DNA from: an uncultured delta proteobacterium | GTDB taxonomy: Bacteria; Desulfobacterota; Binatia; UBA9968 | Reading direction: 5' to 3' | DNA length: 64,000 bases | Assembly (NCBI GenBank): GCA_963737905.1 | Contig: CAVTUQ010000038.1 | Location: 64,001 to 128,000 of the forward strand | Shown: one piece after another, positions 1 through 11,805 of the stretch | How the letters are laid out: every line of letters begins with the position of its first letter | Numbering within the stretch: the first letter of the stretch is position 1 | Notes under the pieces: generated by a model | Told to the model about the DNA's origin: nothing | Seen by the model: only the letters and a program-made list of their open reading frames with translations | The model's database searches: none | Program-made: the position numbers and the translations under genes

Positions 1-589
1 GCGTCCGAATTAGCACCGGGTGCAACCCGACCTTACCAGCAGCGGTCAATTCGTAATCTTCTCCATCGGCGATGTAGAGGCAAGTTTCAGGCATGACGCC
101 GAGGCGCTCGCAAGCGAGATGATAAATCCGGGAGTCCGGTTTTTTAAGGCGTTCTCGGCTAGAAAAAATTGCTGTATCAAATAAATCAGCAAAAGCTGTT
201 TCCTGCCAGAGAATCGGGATTTCGATGGAACAATTGCTGAGGAGGCCTATTTTATAACCCTGGTTCTTCAGTTCGCTGGGCGTATTGATGGCATGCGGCC
301 TGGGTTGCAGCGCCTTTCGGATGTATTGCATGCGAATCTCAACTGTTCTCTCAATCTGTTCCGCTTGCGGGCTCGCTTTCATGGCGTCGCAAACATATTC
401 GATATTGGCTTCCACACTGTCGAAGACACCGATAATTCGCATCTTCGCCGTTTGCCCCCAAAACTGCATAAATTGCTCATAGGGCACGCTAAGGGCCGCG
501 GCCATCTCCTGATGCATATGGCCTACCGAGGATCCAAAGTCATCCACCAATGTCCCAAATAAATCGAAAAAGACCGCCTTAAATTTCAT
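1..589 (-). CDS. HAD-family hydrolase (3' end runs off the window)
   Basis: Manual translation from ATG at 589: MKFKAVFFDLFGTLVDD (HAD motif I), GLLSN (motif II), KKPDSRIY and CLYIADG (motifs III/IV). Not in the ORF track because no stop codon lies in the window. Confidence 0.85.
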   Translation of the reverse strand, partial: MKFKAVFFDLFGTLVDDFGSSVGHMHQEMAAALSVPYEQFMQFWGQTAKMRIIGVFDSVEANIEYVCDAMKASPQAEQIERTVEIRMQYIRKALQPRPHAINTPSELKNQGYKIGLLSNCSIEIPILWQETAFADLFDTAIFSSRERLKKPDSRIYHLACERLGVMPETCLYIADGEDYELTAAGKVGLHPVLIRT

Positions 590-604
590 GTGACTTGCCG
601 ATCG

Positions 605-1994
605 TCAAGGTCGCTCCGCGCGCGCCGCCTTAATCTTTGGTCCGTTCGGCGTATCTTCGATTTCGTATCCAGCCTGCCTCACTTGCTCACGCAAGGCATC
701 CGCATCCTTCCACTGTTTTGAAGTGCGTGCCTTCTCGCGCTCTGCCACAAGAGCCATTATCTCCGGCGGTATGACCGCCTCTTCCGGTTGCCATTCTGCT
801 AATCGCAGTCCCAATACTCGGTCAAACTGTAATAACGTGGCCTTTTTCGTTGCAGGGGACAAATCGTCTTTCACCAACTCCCACACTACTGCCAGTGCGC
901 GCGGCATGTTCAAGTCTTCGTTGATCTGCTCTTTAAATCGATTCACGTAGGTCAGATCACCTTCACCGGGCTGTCCCCAGTCATGCGTTGCCGTCCGTAA
1001 GCGTTGCAACGCTGTGGCGGCTGCATCGAGCGCCTCCCAGGTAAAGCTCAGCTTTGCTCGATAATGAGCGCCCAGGCAAAAGTACCGATATGCCAGCGGA
1101 TCATATCCCTGATCGATCAAGGTCTGCGTGCGCAAAAAGTCCCTGGCTGATTTCGCCATCTTCGTTTGCTCGAAAAGCAAAAAATGACCATGCATCCAGA
1201 AGTTGGCGAGACGCGTGCCGTGGCAGGCTTCGGTCTGGGCGATTTCATTCGTGTGATGAACCGGACACATGATCTTCACCGCCGCAATGAATGTCAAAAA
1301 AAGTACCCAGGTATTTAGCTGACATAGCCGAACATTCAATGTGCCATCCGGGAAAGCCGACGCCCCATGGGCTATCCCATTCCATCTGGCGCTTTTGATC
1401 AGGCGGACTAAATTTCCACAGAGCAAAGTCTGTCGAGTTGCGCTTTTCTCCCTTGTCAACGCGCGCTCCGGCACGCAGGCCGCTGGTATCCAGCCGGGCG
1501 AGGTGCCCATAGCCGGGGAGATGGGATGTGTCAAAATAGATCCCGTCGGATGTGCGATAAGTGAAGCCCTTTGATTCGATGCACCGGATCATTTCGATCT
1601 GCTCTGGAATGTGATGGGTCGCCCTGGACCAAATCGTCGGTTCAAGAATATTGAGCCGCGTCAAATCTTTCTTGAACTCCAGGGTGTAATAGTCGGCAAT
1701 TTCCCACGCGGATTTTCCAGCGCGGCGAGCGCCCACCTCCATTTTATCCTCGCCGGTATCCGCGTCCGATACCAGGTGGCCCACATCGGTAATGTTCATT
1801 ACATGCTTGACTTTGTAGCCGTTGAATTCGAGTACCCGACGAAGGATATCTTCAAAAACATAGGTGCGCAGATTGCCGATATGCGCGTAATCGTAAACGG
1901 TCGGACCACAGGCATAGATGCGGACTTCGGCGGGATCGAGAGGTTCAAAATCACGCAGGCTGCGCGTGTATGTGTCAAATAATCGTAGGGTCAT
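605..1994 (-). CDS. cysS: Cysteine--tRNA ligase (one apparent frameshift near 1265)
   Basis: [13 protein letters not shown] and [13 protein letters not shown] in ORF 1245-1994; [10 protein letters not shown] and KMAKS in ORF 605-1534. Removing one base restores GGEDHVPVHHTNE. Confidence 0.93.
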
Positions 1995-2038
1995 AAGTCG
2001 CTCATCTCATTGCCACTAGACCACCGGGATTTAGAAGC

Positions 2039-3976
2039 TTATGCTTGAAGGTTCTCTATGTTCACCGGCTCTACAGAATCGGCCAATTTAAAACCAAAGA
2101 CCTTCGAGTAGAAATACAACTCCGCTTCAAGGACCCGCTTGATATTCTCTGCTTTTCGAAAACCGTGCTGCTCGCCCTCGAAAGTGAGGTAAGCGACGGG
2201 TAGCTTCTTAGCGCGCATGGCCTCAACCATCTTCTCCGCTTGATTGGGCGGAACAACTTTGTCCTCTAACCCTTGGAAGAGAATCATCGGACAAGACAGG
2301 CGGTCAGTGAAATGAATCGGCGATCGTTCCACGTAGAGATCACGCCGTTCCGGGTAAGGGCCGATCAGGGTGTCGAGATAGCGCGACTCGAACTTATGGG
2401 TGTCTTTTGCCAGAGCTTCCAAATCACTGATCCCATAGTGGCTGGCGCCGGCTTTGAAAGTGTCACGGAAGGTCAGCGCACAGAGTGTCGTGTAGCCACC
2501 CGCGCTTCCGCCACGAATCGCCAAGCGATTGCCGTCAACAAATCCACGCTCGACAAGATAGCGCGCGCCATTGACGCAGTCATCGACATCGACGATACCC
2601 CACTTACCCTTGAGCCGTTCTCGGTATTCACGCCCGTAGCCCGAGCTGCCGCCGTAATTTACGTCGAGTACGGCGATCCCGCGGCTAGTCCAGTATTGGA
2701 TTGAATACTTCAGTGATGCGGAGCTCGACGAGGTCGGCCCGCCGTGGCTCATGACTACCAGCGGCGGTTTTTCGTTCGCCGGCGCGGCGTAATCCCGATT
2801 CCGCGGCGGATAGAAATGGCCATGAGCGGTAAGACCGCCCTCCGTTGGAAACTCAATGGCTCGGGGATTGGTGAGGTATCCGGCATCGACAACTCTTTCT
2901 CGTGATCTCCGTAACACCTCCAGCTCTCTCGTAGCCAAATTTAGTGAGACGATTGACGTCGGCTCAGTCGATGACGCGCCGATGAAAACGACGCGGTCAT
3001 CAGTGGCATGGACTTGAGAGATCGCGGTGAAGGGAAGTTCGATGTCATCGAGCACTCTGGTTAAGGTGTCCAGTGTAGCCAGGTAATCACGGCCGTTTTT
3101 AGTGTAGCTGCAGACGATCCGTCTGGCGGATGCAAATCCGTAAAGGGCAGAGGAAAAGACCCACTGAGGCTGGCCAAACTCGGCATCCATTGGACATAGG
3201 GGTTCGACTTTTTCATCTCGCCACCGGTAAATGTTCCACCACCCCGAGCGGTCAGAACCAAAGTACAGGGTGCCGTCCGGCGACCATTCCGGCTGGAAAA
3301 TGGATTCATTGACACCGCCGGCGACTCGCACCGCTTCGACTATCGATCCGTTTCCGGTTAATTTGCCCACCCAAAGCTCCGTCCCATCCCACGGCATATT
3401 GGGATGGTTCCAGATCAGCCAAGCCAGCCGCGCGCCATCTGGACTAAGGCGTGGCGAGGAGTAAAAATCATTTCCTGAGACCAGTATCCGTCCTGCGTTT
3501 TCTACCTGGAGGTCGATGCTCACCAGAGTATTGATCGCCTCCCCGTGACCGGTATGGTCCTCGCGTACGCAGAAAAAAAGATTTCGCCGGCGGTCGATCA
3601 CCGCGTCGGCATAACGCATGTCTGCAGCTGGGGTCAAAGTCTTAGGTTCCGACCCCGGCTGTTGAACATAGAGACGCTGGTCGGCGAAATTCGAGAAGAC
3701 AATGGTCCCGTCTGAAACGGAGTAGTCGCCGCCGCCGTATTCGTGCACACGCGTGCGGGCATTGAAGCCGACGGGCGGCGTCATGTCCGTCACCCGTCCA
3801 TCCGGCGAACGGCAAACAATGACCTTTCTCCCGCCTTCTTGAGATCGCCGCTCGATCCAATAGATATCGCCGTCGTCAAGCTTTACCTGTTCAAGTCCAA
3901 CTTCGCCCGCCGCGACGATGTCGGCGGTAATCGGCGACTTCCAGGATCCGTAAGCGGCCACATTTGGATATGCCAT
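2039..3976 (-). CDS. S9 family peptidase (dipeptidyl aminopeptidase/acylaminoacyl peptidase type)
   Basis: [10 protein letters not shown]-terminus, HGGPT, GGSAGG nucleophile, DKVV and EQHGF triad motifs. Confidence 0.92.
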   Translation of the reverse strand: MAYPNVAAYGSWKSPITADIVAAGEVGLEQVKLDDGDIYWIERRSQEGGRKVIVCRSPDGRVTDMTPPVGFNARTRVHEYGGGDYSVSDGTIVFSNFADQRLYVQQPGSEPKTLTPAADMRYADAVIDRRRNLFFCVREDHTGHGEAINTLVSIDLQVENAGRILVSGNDFYSSPRLSPDGARLAWLIWNHPNMPWDGTELWVGKLTGNGSIVEAVRVAGGVNESIFQPEWSPDGTLYFGSDRSGWWNIYRWRDEKVEPLCPMDAEFGQPQWVFSSALYGFASARRIVCSYTKNGRDYLATLDTLTRVLDDIELPFTAISQVHATDDRVVFIGASSTEPTSIVSLNLATRELEVLRRSRERVVDAGYLTNPRAIEFPTEGGLTAHGHFYPPRNRDYAAPANEKPPLVVMSHGGPTSSSSASLKYSIQYWTSRGIAVLDVNYGGSSGYGREYRERLKGKWGIVDVDDCVNGARYLVERGFVDGNRLAIRGGSAGGYTTLCALTFRDTFKAGASHYGISDLEALAKDTHKFESRYLDTLIGPYPERRDLYVERSPIHFTDRLSCPMILFQGLEDKVVPPNQAEKMVEAMRAKKLPVAYLTFEGEQHGFRKAENIKRVLEAELYFYSKVFGFKLADSVEPVNIENLQA

Positions 3977-3997
3977 ACGCCGTTTCAGAGTTCCTTT

Positions 3998-6631
3998 CTA
4001 AGGAGCGGTCGTTTCTTGCGTCGCTAAGGCCGCATTCACTTTGAATTGTCCCTCCGGGATAAGCTCCTCAGTTAGCACGGCGGAGGGGGCGTTGGTCACC
4101 GATAACAGATCGCCCAAGACGGAGCGAATGGCGTCCAGTGTTTTTGCCGAACCGGTGATCTTTAGCTCGCGCAACGGAGTTTTGACGCTCACCTTGGCTT
4201 CACTTTTGATTCTACGCACTTCAAAAAGCACTTTCACTGCTGCCCCGTATGGATCTTCCTCCAACGGAAGGCCTACGTCCGCGAGTTCGTCCATCGTTGG
4301 CCACGAGGCAATGTGAATCGACTGTTCTCTGCCATGCGAGGTGGCAAACAGCCAGCTCCACACTTCTTCCGTAATGAAGGGTAGATAGGGAGCGAACAGC
4401 CGCAACTGTACTGACAGCACAATTTTGAGCGTCGCCAAGGCCGAACGTTTGCCCGGTGTCGATTCAGCGCTGTAGGCGCGAACCTTGACGAGCTCGAGAT
4501 AGTTGTCACACAGGTCGGACCAGAAAAAATCTTCAATGACCTGAAGCGCACCGGCGAACTCGAAAGTCTCGAATTCCTTCCCGGCTCTACGCACCGTCTC
4601 CCGCAGGCGCTCGATAAAGCTCTGATCAAGGGGCTCGGTAATATCTCTCGGATTCAGCGACATCAGATCTTGGCCCAAGAGATGACCCGCGACGAATTTA
4701 GCGGCATTGAAGAGTTTGATCCCCAAGCGTTTCCCATTGCTGAAGACGGCTTCGTCATACGCGGTGTCGACTCCGAGACGGGCGCGCGCGGCCCAGTAGC
4801 GCACGGCATCGCTGGAATACCGCTCCAACAGATGGTTGGGTGTGATGACGTTACCGCGGCTCTTCGACATTTTCTTGCGGTCCGGATCGAGGATCCACCC
4901 ACTGATAACGATGTTGTGCCAGGGTACGGTTTGCTCATGGAGATAGGCTTTGACGATTGTATAGAACGCCCAGGTCCGGATGATCTCGTGGCTTTGCGGA
5001 CGGATATCCATGGGAAACAGTTTGCGGTGCCGCTCGGGATCGTCGGCCCAATGACTTGCAATCTGCGGGGTCAACGAACTCGTGGCCCAGGTATCCATGA
5101 CATCGGGATCGCCGATGAAGCCGTTGGCTTGGCCACGTGTCGCCTCCGCGAATCCAGGTGCAGGCTGGGCGAGCGGATCCACTGGAAGTTGGCTCAGGTC
5201 CGGTAAGATGGGTTGATCGTAGCGGGGTTGCCCCCGCTCATCCAATCGATACCAGACTGGAAATGGCACGCCGAAGTAGCGCTGCCGGCTGATGCTCCAA
5301 TCCTGATTGAGTCCTTCGACCCAGTTTTCATAGCGCGATCGCATGAACGACGGGTGCCACTGGATACGCGCACCTTGCTCGAGTAGAGCTTTTTTCTTGT
5401 CCAATAACCTGACAAACCACTGGCGCGTGGAGATGAATTCGAGCGGTCGCTCGCCCTTCTCGTAAAATTTTACGGCATGCTCGATACGCTGAGGCTCTTG
5501 GGTCAATGGCGGGCCGAGTCCTGGAAGAGCGCTGCCTCTTTCCTCGCGGAGAAGATCAGTGATGGCCTTCCTCGCTTGCTGGACGTGTTTCCCTTGCAAC
5601 CCCTCGTAGAACGCGTTGGCCGCATCTGGATCGAGGCTTTCCCATCCTGGGGAGCCGAACTGCAGGGGTATAAGCCGGCCGTCTTTGCCGATAATTTGTC
5701 GCAGCGGCAGATCGAACTGTCGCCACCACTCCACGTCGGTGGCATCACCGAAGGTGCACACCATGAGAATGCCGGTGCCTTTTTCGATACTTGCGCGCTC
5801 ATCGGCAAGGATCGGTACCGGAACGCGGAAGAGTGGTGTAACGGCGTTTTTGCCGAAGAGCGCCTGATACCGCTGGTCGTCCGGATGAGCCACAACAGCG
5901 ACGCAGGCAGCTAATAACTCGGGCCGCGTTGTCGCGACGACAAACGAACCGCCGCCTTCGACACCGAAGCGGATATGATGGAATGCCCCTGTGAGCGGCC
6001 GATCTTCGACCTCCGCCTGCGCGACCGCAGTTTGAAAATCCACATCCCATAGAGTCGGCGCTTCGGTGGCGTAGGCGTGTCCCTCTGCGAGCAGCTTTAA
6101 GAAGCTGAGCTGAGACGTCCTTCGGCAATGATCGTCAATCGTTGCATACTCTTGCTCCCAATCGATCGACAGTCCGAGTTGCTGCCACAGCTCCTGGAAA
6201 GCTTGCTCGTCGATTTGCGTGAGCTGCCGGCAGAGCTCGATGAAGTTGGGCCGGCTGATCATTTCGGGAGGTTCCTTTGGGTTACTTCGGGGTTTGAAAT
6301 TTGGCACGTAAGGGAGGTAGGGATCGCAGCGAACGTTGAAGAAGTTCTGCACCCGCCGTTCGGTGGGCAAACCGTTGTCATCCCACCCCATGGGGTAGAA
6401 GATATTCATTCCCGCCATGCGACGCTGGCGCACGATCAAATCCTGATGGGTGTAGCTGAACACGTGGCCGACATGGAGGGAACCGCTTACGGTCGGCGGC
6501 GGAGAGTCCACAACGAAAGACTCGGCCCGAGGGCGCGCCGGATCCCAGCGATAAATTCCCATTTCCTGCCATCGAGTGCGCCATTTGCTCTCGACTTCTT
6601 TGGGCACGTATTGTTTCGGCAGTTGGATCAT
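3998..6631 (-). CDS. valS: Valine--tRNA ligase, type 2-like (no C-terminal coiled coil)
   Basis: PPPTVSGSLHVGH (HIGH), GWDDNGLPTE, ATTRPE, DWSISRQR, KMSKS. Confidence 0.95.
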   Translation of the reverse strand: MIQLPKQYVPKEVESKWRTRWQEMGIYRWDPARPRAESFVVDSPPPTVSGSLHVGHVFSYTHQDLIVRQRRMAGMNIFYPMGWDDNGLPTERRVQNFFNVRCDPYLPYVPNFKPRSNPKEPPEMISRPNFIELCRQLTQIDEQAFQELWQQLGLSIDWEQEYATIDDHCRRTSQLSFLKLLAEGHAYATEAPTLWDVDFQTAVAQAEVEDRPLTGAFHHIRFGVEGGGSFVVATTRPELLAACVAVVAHPDDQRYQALFGKNAVTPLFRVPVPILADERASIEKGTGILMVCTFGDATDVEWWRQFDLPLRQIIGKDGRLIPLQFGSPGWESLDPDAANAFYEGLQGKHVQQARKAITDLLREERGSALPGLGPPLTQEPQRIEHAVKFYEKGERPLEFISTRQWFVRLLDKKKALLEQGARIQWHPSFMRSRYENWVEGLNQDWSISRQRYFGVPFPVWYRLDERGQPRYDQPILPDLSQLPVDPLAQPAPGFAEATRGQANGFIGDPDVMDTWATSSLTPQIASHWADDPERHRKLFPMDIRPQSHEIIRTWAFYTIVKAYLHEQTVPWHNIVISGWILDPDRKKMSKSRGNVITPNHLLERYSSDAVRYWAARARLGVDTAYDEAVFSNGKRLGIKLFNAAKFVAGHLLGQDLMSLNPRDITEPLDQSFIERLRETVRRAGKEFETFEFAGALQVIEDFFWSDLCDNYLELVKVRAYSAESTPGKRSALATLKIVLSVQLRLFAPYLPFITEEVWSWLFATSHGREQSIHIASWPTMDELADVGLPLEEDPYGAAVKVLFEVRRIKSEAKVSVKTPLRELKITGSAKTLDAIRSVLGDLLSVTNAPSAVLTEELIPEGQFKVNAALATQETTAP

Positions 6632-6740
6632 GAAATATCCTCAAACCAATATTAACCGCTCAGGGGCGCTGTTGGCTAGTAGCGATATGGAGACGACGAA
6701 AGTAGTTCAGTCGAGAGCTCAACGGACAAAAATGCGAAAC

Positions 6741-7892
6741 CTATGCTTGTTGGCTTGCGGTGAGTCTCAGCAATTGCCGCGCATTTCCATGCAGCATAGC
6801 GGCTCGTTCCGCATCCGTGCAAGTCATCTGTTGGATCTTTTCGGCCGCCATCGAGTCGCCGAGATCGTAAGGATAATCAGTTCCGACCATTACGTGATCT
6901 GCGCCGACCATCCGCTTTAAGTATTCGACGGTTTCAATTCGATAGACCAAATTGTCGAAGTAGAGGTTCTTTAGATATTTGCTGGGTGGTTGCGCGGCGG
7001 GAAGGGGACGGCGTTCAAGGCTCCTCGCAAAGTTATTGTCGAACCGACCCAGATGATAAGGAAAAAAGCCGCCGCCGTGCAGCAGCGCGAGCTTCAAGTT
7101 TGGAAAGCGATCGAACACGCCGCTGTAGATCATGTAACCCACCGACAGGGTCGTATCGGCGGGATTGCCGCAGACCGTGCGCAGCCCAAAGCCGCCCATT
7201 TTTTCATCGCCCGCAATCCACTCCGGATGCATGATCATCAAGACGTCGAGCTCCTGGGCCTTCGCCCAGAACGGATCGAAGTCTTGATTGTCGTAGTATT
7301 TGCCGACGACGTTGGAAGCGATGGTCACTCCGGACATCTTAAGGTCGCGAATGGCGTGATCCAGGACGCGGGCGGCGCGCGGTGGATCCTGGAGCGGCAC
7401 GGTTGCGATACCGGTGAAGCGGGTGGGATGGCGTTTGACCAAATTTTGAATTGCCTCGTTATAGAGTTTACACCAGGATTCACCGCGCTGGCCGTCGAGC
7501 TCGTAGCCCACGGCACTGGTTTGAACTTCGACGGTGGCGATGGCGATATTTCCCTGATTCATGATCTCCATGCGCTTTTCGACTTCCACGAGACGCGGAT
7601 CCAAGCTGAGCCGGTTACCCTTGGGGAAACGTATCGCGCCATTCGCTTGCCGGCTGTCCTTGGGCGGGATGAATTCAATGCCCAGCGCCTTCCCGTGGTT
7701 CTTAATCTCTGTGAATAGCTCGGGGGCAAAATAGTGATGGTGGATATCGATGGCACGCTCTGCGCTCGCCGCGCCGTTTCGAGCGCCGTTCATCGAAGCG
7801 CAACCGGACAAGAGCCCGGTTGAAACTACAGCGGTTTTACTCGCAAACTTTAGAAAGTCGCGTCTGGAAATTGTCAACAACTCTTTGTCCAT
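6741..7892 (-). CDS. Amidohydrolase_2 family protein (ACMSD/decarboxylase-like) with Tat signal
   Basis: SRRDFLK twin-arginine motif, IDIHHH, MHP, HGGG, GTDYPY. Confidence 0.88.
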   Translation of the reverse strand: MDKELLTISRRDFLKFASKTAVVSTGLLSGCASMNGARNGAASAERAIDIHHHYFAPELFTEIKNHGKALGIEFIPPKDSRQANGAIRFPKGNRLSLDPRLVEVEKRMEIMNQGNIAIATVEVQTSAVGYELDGQRGESWCKLYNEAIQNLVKRHPTRFTGIATVPLQDPPRAARVLDHAIRDLKMSGVTIASNVVGKYYDNQDFDPFWAKAQELDVLMIMHPEWIAGDEKMGGFGLRTVCGNPADTTLSVGYMIYSGVFDRFPNLKLALLHGGGFFPYHLGRFDNNFARSLERRPLPAAQPPSKYLKNLYFDNLVYRIETVEYLKRMVGADHVMVGTDYPYDLGDSMAAEKIQQMTCTDAERAAMLHGNARQLLRLTASQQA

Positions 7893-8076
7893 GGCGTACC
7901 TCCTGTCCGGGTTTTGGAAACGTTAGTATCAAGAATGATGTCAATTGCAAGGGATTTCTGTTTGAGATTGTCGGCGCTGGATTAGCTTGCTCATTCAATC
8001 CTGTCAATGGTAGCATTCTCAGAGATTTTGCTTGAACGAATAAGTGGAGTGATTTCTTCGCCCGCTGAGGAATGCG

Positions 8077-10028
8077 ATGTCTGAATTTCAATTTGGTGGC
8101 GATGTCGTTTGGCGGCCGAGCGATGAGCTCGTCGCAGGGAGCCGGTTAAAAAAATTCATGGAGGGGCATGGCATCGCGAGCCTCGAAGAATTGCAGCGGC
8201 GCTCCACGGAGGACATCGAATGGTTCTGGACCGCCGTGCTCCGAGAGCTTGGAATTGAATTTTACGAGCCCTACGAGCGGATTCTCGATACCTCACGCGG
8301 CATTGCCTGGTCACGCTGGTGCTGCGGCGGAAAAATGAACATCGTCCATAACTGTCTGGAGAAATGGAAAGGGACGCCGGTTGCGCGTCGCGAGGCGATC
8401 CGTTGGGAAGGAGAAAATGGCGAGACTCGTACTCTCACCTACGAAGAACTGATCACGAGGTTTGCCGTTTGGCTGAACGCGCTCCAAGCGCTCGGCATGG
8501 AGAAAGGGGGATGTGGCGGCGCTCTTCATGCCCATGATGCCTGAGACCGTCGCAGCATTGTTTGCTGTGATCAAACTCGGCGGGATCATTCTTCCGTTGT
8601 TTTCCGGCTATGGCGCTGCGGCGGTGGCCGAACGCTTGCGCGACAGCGAGGCAAAGTTTCTGTTTACCGTCGATGGATTTTACCGGAGAGGTCAGCATGT
8701 ACTCCTAAAATCTGTTGCCGACGAGGCTGTTTCTGCTTCATCGGTCCAGCATGTCCTTGTTCTTAAGCGGCTTGGGATTTCGATTCCGTGGACTCCGGGC
8801 CGCGACTTGTGGTGGCATGAGGTAGTCGGGCGACAGAGCGAGGAAGCAGAAACGGAACGAACCGACGCTGAAGATCCCATGATGCTCATTTACACCTCGG
8901 GGACGACCGGCCGGCCTAAGGGCGCCGTTCACACCCACTGTGGGTTTCCGATCAAGGCCGCCCAGGACATGCTGCTTGGCTTCGATGTTCGACAAGAAGA
9001 CGTTCTTTACTGGGTGACGGACATGGGATGGATGATGGGGCCGTGGGAGGTTTTCGGCACAACCCTGCTCGGTGCGACAATGGTTCTTTACGAGGGTGCT
9101 TTGGATTTTCCCGGACCGGATCGTTTGTGGTCGCTCGTCGAGCGCCATCGGGTGAGCATTCTCGGCGTCTCGCCGACGTTGATTCGGAGTCTGATGCGTC
9201 ACGGAATCGGCCCGGCGGAGCAGCATGATCTTTCAAGCTTGCGCATCCTCGGCTCCACGGGCGAGCCTTGGAATCCCGACCCGTGGCTCTGGTATTTCCA
9301 CACCGCCGGTAAAGGACGCCTCCCGATTATCAACTATTCCGGCGGTACTGAGACTTCGGGGGGCCTGGTCATGGGGAACGTTCTCACGCCGCTCAAGCCT
9401 TGCGCTTTTTCGGGACCGGTACCCGGTATCGCTGCCGATGTTGTAGATGAGGAAGGGCTTTCTGTGCGAGGCCAGGTTGGTGAGCTCGTTGTCCGCAAGC
9501 CATGGATCGGTATGACGCGCGGGCTTCTGGAAAGATCCGGAGCGTTATTTTCAAACCTACTGGAGCCGGTTCCCCGATGTTTGGGTTCACGGCGATTGGG
9601 CTGCGGTCGATGAAGATGGCCTCTGGTACATTCTGGGTCGCTCGGACGACACGATCAAAGTCGCCGGAAAGCGACTCGGCCCCGCCGAAGTTGAGTCCGT
9701 GCTCGTCGGCCACCCGGCTGTGAGCGAAGCAGCGGCCATCGGCGTCCCTGATCCGCTCAAAGGCGAGGCTCTGGTTTGCTTCTGCGTCTTGAAGCCGGAA
9801 AGTAAGGCGAGCGAAAAGCTGCGCGAAGAATTGCGCGCGATGGTGGCCGAGCAACTTGGCAAGCCGCTCAAGCCGGAAGTCTTGAAGTTTATCGACGATC
9901 TGCCGAAGACGCGCAACGCCAAGATCATGCGGCGTATCATCCGGGCGAGTTACCTGGACCAGGACCCGGGAGATCTCTCTGCGCTAGAAAATCCGCAGAG
10001 CGTGGAGGCTGTGCGCAATGCAATATAG
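8077..10028 (+). CDS. Acetyl-CoA synthetase-like AMP-binding acyl-CoA ligase (several apparent indels)
   Basis: ACS-type N-terminus, [30 protein letters not shown] and [11 protein letters not shown] spread across three frames. Shifts near 8450-8510 and 9520. Confidence 0.85.
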
Positions 10029-10074
10029 CGTCCTGTCTCGGAAGTTCATTAACGGATTCCTAGACCGGTTGTAT

Positions 10075-10137
10075 CGTCATGCCCGCGAAAGCGGGCATCC
10101 AGAATTCTTTGAAATTCCTGGATTCCGGCTCGCGCTA
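10075..10137. repeat. REP-like palindromic element, left part
   Basis: CGTCATGCCCGCGAAAGCGGGCATCCAG hairpin followed by CCAG...CTGGATTCCGGCTCGCGCTA. Confidence 0.7.
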
Positions 10138-10265
10138 AGCGCGGGCTGACATCTGGATACCCGAGTGGGCGGTATTTGTCGGGAGAAATAGATGTCGGCA
10201 GAAAAGATTGACAAAGCGCAGCTTGTTAAAAGATATTGTTCCAGGCTGGCCGCGCCTTGCCGAAC

Positions 10266-10961
10266 TCATCGAACTAGCCCGTTGGTTGAGCGACCCCGGC
10301 TCGTCTTGATTCTTTCATAAAACCTAATGTCTTCAGCTAAATAGTCATGAAGGATGGATATTAGCTGGTCGTTTGCCCCTATTGCATCTACTTCCGATTG
10401 GTAGTCTGGACACTTGTTGAAGTTTTCCCTAGATTCAGCGACGGGAAACGAGAATAGCTGAGAGAGTGCCCGCATATCCTCTGCAAAACTGTCCAGGAAT
10501 CCTATAAAGTCAAATTGATTCATGTCTACGCCGCCAAAATAAGTCCGCGAGAGGAGATATCTGATTGTGGGCAAGCGGATGAAATCGGGTAAAGTCAAAT
10601 GATTGTCACGCACGTAACGGAACAAACCGTGCCCCTTGTCAAAAGTTTTCCAAAAGTAATAAATCGAAATTACGTTATCTACCGGATGCCTTAAGAAAGT
10701 AATTTTCTTAGCGCATCTTACAAACTCATATTTCGAGGGGTGGAAATGACCGTGGATGACCTTCACGCCCGGTGGCCAACCGACCCCGCGCGCCTTTCGG
10801 CGACACCCTTCAGGGTCCAAGCTGTAATGGCTGCACGGGTCTGCCGGGTCATCTAGATAGTCCTGATAGACCGCGTCTTTACCGTAAGCCATGACGAGGG
10901 ATTGAAGGAGTGAACTACCACCCGCCTTCGGAAAATGGACTGAAATTATTTCTACTCGCAC
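10266..10961 (-). CDS. Sulfotransferase-family protein
   Basis: HFPKAGGSS (5'-PSB-like) and FLRHPVDNVISIY (3'-PB-like) motifs. Visibly more AT-rich than its neighbours. Confidence 0.75.
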   Translation of the reverse strand: MRVEIISVHFPKAGGSSLLQSLVMAYGKDAVYQDYLDDPADPCSHYSLDPEGCRRKARGVGWPPGVKVIHGHFHPSKYEFVRCAKKITFLRHPVDNVISIYYFWKTFDKGHGLFRYVRDNHLTLPDFIRLPTIRYLLSRTYFGGVDMNQFDFIGFLDSFAEDMRALSQLFSFPVAESRENFNKCPDYQSEVDAIGANDQLISILHDYLAEDIRFYERIKTSRGRSTNGLVR

Positions 10962-11696
10962 CCTATCGTTCCTTTCCTACCACAAATCTCGTCAACGGCC
11001 CTTCGCAGGGTTACGATTAAACAGAACGAAGCCTCAATTGTCTCTGATGAGCAACCGTTGTGCCAGTCGAGAATCGTAACCTGGGCGGTTGACTCCTCAG
11101 CAAATTCAAAACTATACGCCGTCTCCAAGAACGAGCGGAGGGAAATTGGTCTCGAACGGAGTGTTCAAACAGATACGGTGCGTGTGGAAAAAGACACCTC
11201 TCCCATGCTCAAAGTAATCGAGGACAGTTGGATTCTCCATTTGCCTTGCCAAAAAGGCCCTCGGCCTCCTAACCATCGGCCTGAGGACGTACCTTTCCGG
11301 AAAGTCGGTGTCGCGGATCATCACAGATGTCGCAGCACTGGTTGCCCATGGGACGTCGAACAGGCCACTTCAGGGGACACGGGTTCACGGTGCTCGCCCA
11401 GTCGCTGAGCGGAAGCGTTAGCCGCCTGATTCATTTTGTAGCATATGGGGAGCAATGTAGTTTGAGATCATTGGGGGAAATCGAGGGTGTCGAACCGATC
11501 GCTATTTGGGGATCGATTCGGGATATTGCGCGGCAAGGGAAACGCTACGGGACTGGTTGTTGGCCGAAAACTGAAGGGGATGCTAGGTTCGTCTAACGAA
11601 ATAGCACCCTCAATCGAGCTGGGAAACACCGGTACGAGGCTCACGGGATCGGGAAAGTAAAAATTTAAAATCAAGGAATTTTTGGACTGGCGCACA

Positions 11697-11800
11697 TGCA
11701 GCAGCCCAAAAAACAGTTTGCGATCTGCGTTGGGAACGAAGGGGCTGAAGATCTAGAGACCAGGAAGATTTACCAGATTCTTCCCCATACGCGCACCAAG
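11697..11800 (+). pseudogene. 5' remnant of a small hypothetical protein gene
   Basis: Reads MQQPKKQFAICVGNEGAEDLETRKIYQILP, which resembles a small conserved protein family recalled from memory (FAICV.N.G..L..RKIY.ILPD). Similarity ends just before the REP-like hairpin. Confidence 0.45.
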
Positions 11801-11805
11801 ATGGG

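Noticed and set aside
10975-11695. Short ORFs upstream of the sulfotransferase
   Set aside because: No family could be recognised in any frame; left unannotated.
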